Shown piece after piece: positions 61,429 through 64,000 of a stretch of DNA of 64,000 bases (positions are counted from its first letter, which is position 1; every line of letters starts with the position of its first letter). This stretch comes from Myxococcota bacterium (lineage in GTDB: Bacteria; Myxococcota_A; UBA796; CAJQPC01): NCBI GenBank assembly GCA_036229005.1, contig JAZAMN010000052.1, forward strand, positions 192,001-256,000, written 5' to 3'. A program made the translations under genes and the position numbers. The notes beneath the pieces are model-generated. The model searched no databases. It saw only the letters and a list, made by a program, of their open reading frames with translations, and was not told where the DNA came from.

Positions 61429-63539
61429 TGGAACCTATCGTCTACGCAGTCCCTGGCGCCGCAGTGCTCGCCCTCGCCTACGCCTTCTGGAAGTCCGCCT
61501 GGGTCTCCAAGCAGGACCACGGCACGGCCGAGATGAAGGAGATCGCCGATCAGATCCAGACCGGCGCGATGGCCTTCCTGGCTCGTGAGTACAAGACCTT
61601 GGCCATCTTCGTGGTCATCGTCGCTGGGCTCCTGGCAGTGGCCAACCTCTCTGGTGAGAACCAGAGCCCCGTCATCGCCCTGTCCTTCGTCATCGGCGCC
61701 ATCGCGTCAGGTGCCGCTGGCTACGTGGGCATGAAGGTCGCGACCAACGCCAACGTCCGGACCACCGCTGCCGCCCGCAAGAGCCTCCCCGAGGCCCTGG
61801 ACGTCGCGTTCTCCGGTGGCGCTGTCATGGGCATGACCGTGGTCGGCTTGGCCATCCTCGGTCTGACCGGTCTCTTCTTCCTCTACCACTTCGTCATGTT
61901 CGGCGACGACTGGAAGACCATCCTCAACGTCCTCACCGGCTTCTCGATGGGTGCCTCCTCCATCGCGCTCTTCGCGCGCGTGGGCGGCGGCATCTACACG
62001 AAGGCTGCCGACGTGGGCGCTGACCTGGTCGGCAAGGTCGAGGCCGGCCTGCCTGAGGACGACCCCCGGAACCCCGCCGTCATCGCTGACAACGTTGGTG
62101 ACAACGTCGGCGATGTGGCAGGCATGGGCGCCGACCTCTTCGAGTCCTACGTGGGCGCCATCATCGGCGCCATGGTGCTGGGCCTGGGCCTCAACGTCCA
62201 GGCGGGTGAGAGCGATCTCGCCCCGGTCATCCTGCCCCTGCTCATCGCGGGCGGTGGCATCGTGGCCTCCATCATCGGCACCTTCTTCGTGAAGACCAAG
62301 GAGGGGGGCAACCCCCAGATCGCTCTGGACATCGGCGCCTTCGGTGCTGCCGGTGCCATGGCTATCGCCACCTTCGGTCTGGCCTACGCCTTCTGGCCTG
62401 CAAGCGGCGTGACCGCACCCGGCTCCGCCCTCGTCGTCGAGTGGTGGCAGGTGGGTGCAGCGACCGTCGCTGGTCTTGCTGCTGGTGTCGCCATCGGTCT
62501 GGTGACCTCGTACTACTGCTCCATGGGCAAGCGCCCTGTGAACAGCATCGCCGAGCAGTCCCGCACCGGTGAGGCCACCAACATCATCGCCGGCCTGGCT
62601 GTAGGCATGGAGTCCACCGCCATCCCCGTGCTGCTCATCGCAGTCGGAGTGGTCGCTGCGAACGCCTTCGCTGGTCTCTACGGTGTCGCGATCGCGGCCC
62701 TGGGCATGCTCTCCACCACCGGCATCCAGCTGGCTGTGGACGCCTACGGTCCTATCGCTGACAACGCTGGTGGCATCGCTGAGATGTCCCACCAGGAGCC
62801 CATCGTGCGCGAGCGCACCGACAAGCTGGACGCTGTGGGCAACACCACCGCGGCCATCGGCAAGGGCTTCGCCATCGGTTCTGCAGCCATGACCGCCCTG
62901 GCGCTGTTCGCTGCCTTCATGCAGACCTCCGGTCTGGACAAGATCGACATCAGCCAGCCCATGGTGATGGCCGGTCTCTTCCTCGGAGGCATGCTGCCCT
63001 TCCTCTTCTCCTCGATGGCCATGAAGGCCGTCGGCGAAGCCGCGATGGAGATGATCGAAGAGGTCCGCCGTCAGTTCCGTGAGATCGACGGCCTCCTCGA
63101 GGGCAAGGCAAAGCCGGACACCGCCCGCTGCGTGGACATCTCCACCAGCGCTGCCATCAAGCAGATGGTCGTTCCTGGTCTGCTCGCTGTGGTGAGCCCT
63201 GTCGTCATCGGCTTCGGCTTCGGCAAGGAGGCCCTCGGTGGTCTGCTGGCCGGTGTGACCGTCTCCGGTGTGCTCATGGCCATCTTCATGTCCAACGCCG
63301 GTGGCGCTTGGGACAACGCCAAGAAGTCCTTCGAAGGTGAAGGCTTCAAGATGCCCGACGGCACCTTCGAGAAGAAGGGCACCGCCACCCACGGCGCCGC
63401 TGTGGTTGGTGACACCGTTGGCGACCCTTTCAAGGACACTGCTGGTCCTTCCCTCAACATTCTCGTCAAGCTGATGAGCGTCGTGGCCTTGGTCATCGCG
63501 CCACTGCTTGCCAATTTCGACGGCCTCATCGCCTTCTAG
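61425..63539 (+). CDS. hppA: Membrane-integral Na+/H+-translocating pyrophosphatase, K+-dependent type
   Basis: [51 protein letters not shown]. Confidence 0.97.
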   Translation: MMEPIVYAVPGAAVLALAYAFWKSAWVSKQDHGTAEMKEIADQIQTGAMAFLAREYKTLAIFVVIVAGLLAVANLSGENQSPVIALSFVIGAIASGAAGYVGMKVATNANVRTTAAARKSLPEALDVAFSGGAVMGMTVVGLAILGLTGLFFLYHFVMFGDDWKTILNVLTGFSMGASSIALFARVGGGIYTKAADVGADLVGKVEAGLPEDDPRNPAVIADNVGDNVGDVAGMGADLFESYVGAIIGAMVLGLGLNVQAGESDLAPVILPLLIAGGGIVASIIGTFFVKTKEGGNPQIALDIGAFGAAGAMAIATFGLAYAFWPASGVTAPGSALVVEWWQVGAATVAGLAAGVAIGLVTSYYCSMGKRPVNSIAEQSRTGEATNIIAGLAVGMESTAIPVLLIAVGVVAANAFAGLYGVAIAALGMLSTTGIQLAVDAYGPIADNAGGIAEMSHQEPIVRERTDKLDAVGNTTAAIGKGFAIGSAAMTALALFAAFMQTSGLDKIDISQPMVMAGLFLGGMLPFLFSSMAMKAVGEAAMEMIEEVRRQFREIDGLLEGKAKPDTARCVDISTSAAIKQMVVPGLLAVVSPVVIGFGFGKEALGGLLAGVTVSGVLMAIFMSNAGGAWDNAKKSFEGEGFKMPDGTFEKKGTATHGAAVVGDTVGDPFKDTAGPSLNILVKLMSVVALVIAPLLANFDGLIAF

Positions 63540-63550
63540 GATAGAACTAA

Positions 63551-64000
63551 ATGCTTGTTCAGCACGAATACGAGACCATCTACGTGGTCAAGCCCGAGGT
63601 GGCCGAAGACGCCCTCAAGGGCATCTCGGAGAAGATTGAGTCCATCATCGGGGACAACGAGGGCACCCTCTTGTTCTTCGATGACTGGGGCAAGCGCAAG
63701 CTGGCCTACCCGATCCAGAAGAACTCCAAGGGTCACTACGTCTACGTCCGCTTCGCGGGCCCCGGCACCCTGGTGCCCGAGCTCGAGCGTCGGCTCCGGA
63801 TCGAGGACAAGCTCCTGCGCTTCCTGACCGTCCGCATCAACGAGGACATCGACCTCGCCGAGGCTCAGGCCGAGGCCACGGTCATCATGGAGCAGAAGGC
63901 TGTCGAGGCTGCCAAGCGCGCAGCCGAGGAGGCCGCTCGTGCTGCTGAGGAGGCCGCCTACGAGGAGATGGCTCGTCAGAAGGCCGAGGCCGCCGCTGCC
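63551..64000 (+). CDS. rpsF: 30S ribosomal protein S6 (runs off the window end)
   Basis: Manual translation gives EYETIYVVKP...DWGKRKLAYPIQK..GHY...LRFLTVR; absent from the ORF track because it has no stop in the window. Confidence 0.95.
   Translation, partial: MLVQHEYETIYVVKPEVAEDALKGISEKIESIIGDNEGTLLFFDDWGKRKLAYPIQKNSKGHYVYVRFAGPGTLVPELERRLRIEDKLLRFLTVRINEDIDLAEAQAEATVIMEQKAVEAAKRAAEEAARAAEEAAYEEMARQKAEAAAA

Overview
This is a GC-rich chromosomal window. Its gene content (MopE-type metal-binding repeats, FG-GAP lipoproteins, an AgmX/GltG-type TonB-C protein, a membrane Ser/Thr kinase, multiheme lipoproteins) suggests Myxococcota or a related lineage, which is an inference. About 52 CDS and one tRNA-Gln(UUG) are supported. 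Housekeeping genes include acyl-CoA dehydrogenase, Leu dehydrogenase, an opp ABC transporter, a lysC-lysA fusion, hisF-like, serA and the tRNA-Gln-prs-rplY-pth-hppA-rpsF run. No transposase, integrase, cas gene or true CRISPR array was found. The most notable observations are: (1) two head-to-head arrays of a 31-bp unit (RGCTACG-N8-RTGMGCG-N9) flanking the GltG-like gene; (2) a three-copy intergenic element bordered by heptamer repeats; (3) many lipoproteins with ultra-short, uncharged signal peptides (Cys at residue 8-9), and several genes with a -10-like hexamer just before the ATG; (4) two apparent pseudoenzymes, a HisC-fold protein with Phe in place of the PLP lysine and a radical-SAM-like protein without CxxxCxxC; (5) a NorQ/NorD-type chaperone pair with no client in the window, divergent from multiheme cytochromes that run into an opp operon. 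All calls come from reading motifs by eye; no searches were run.
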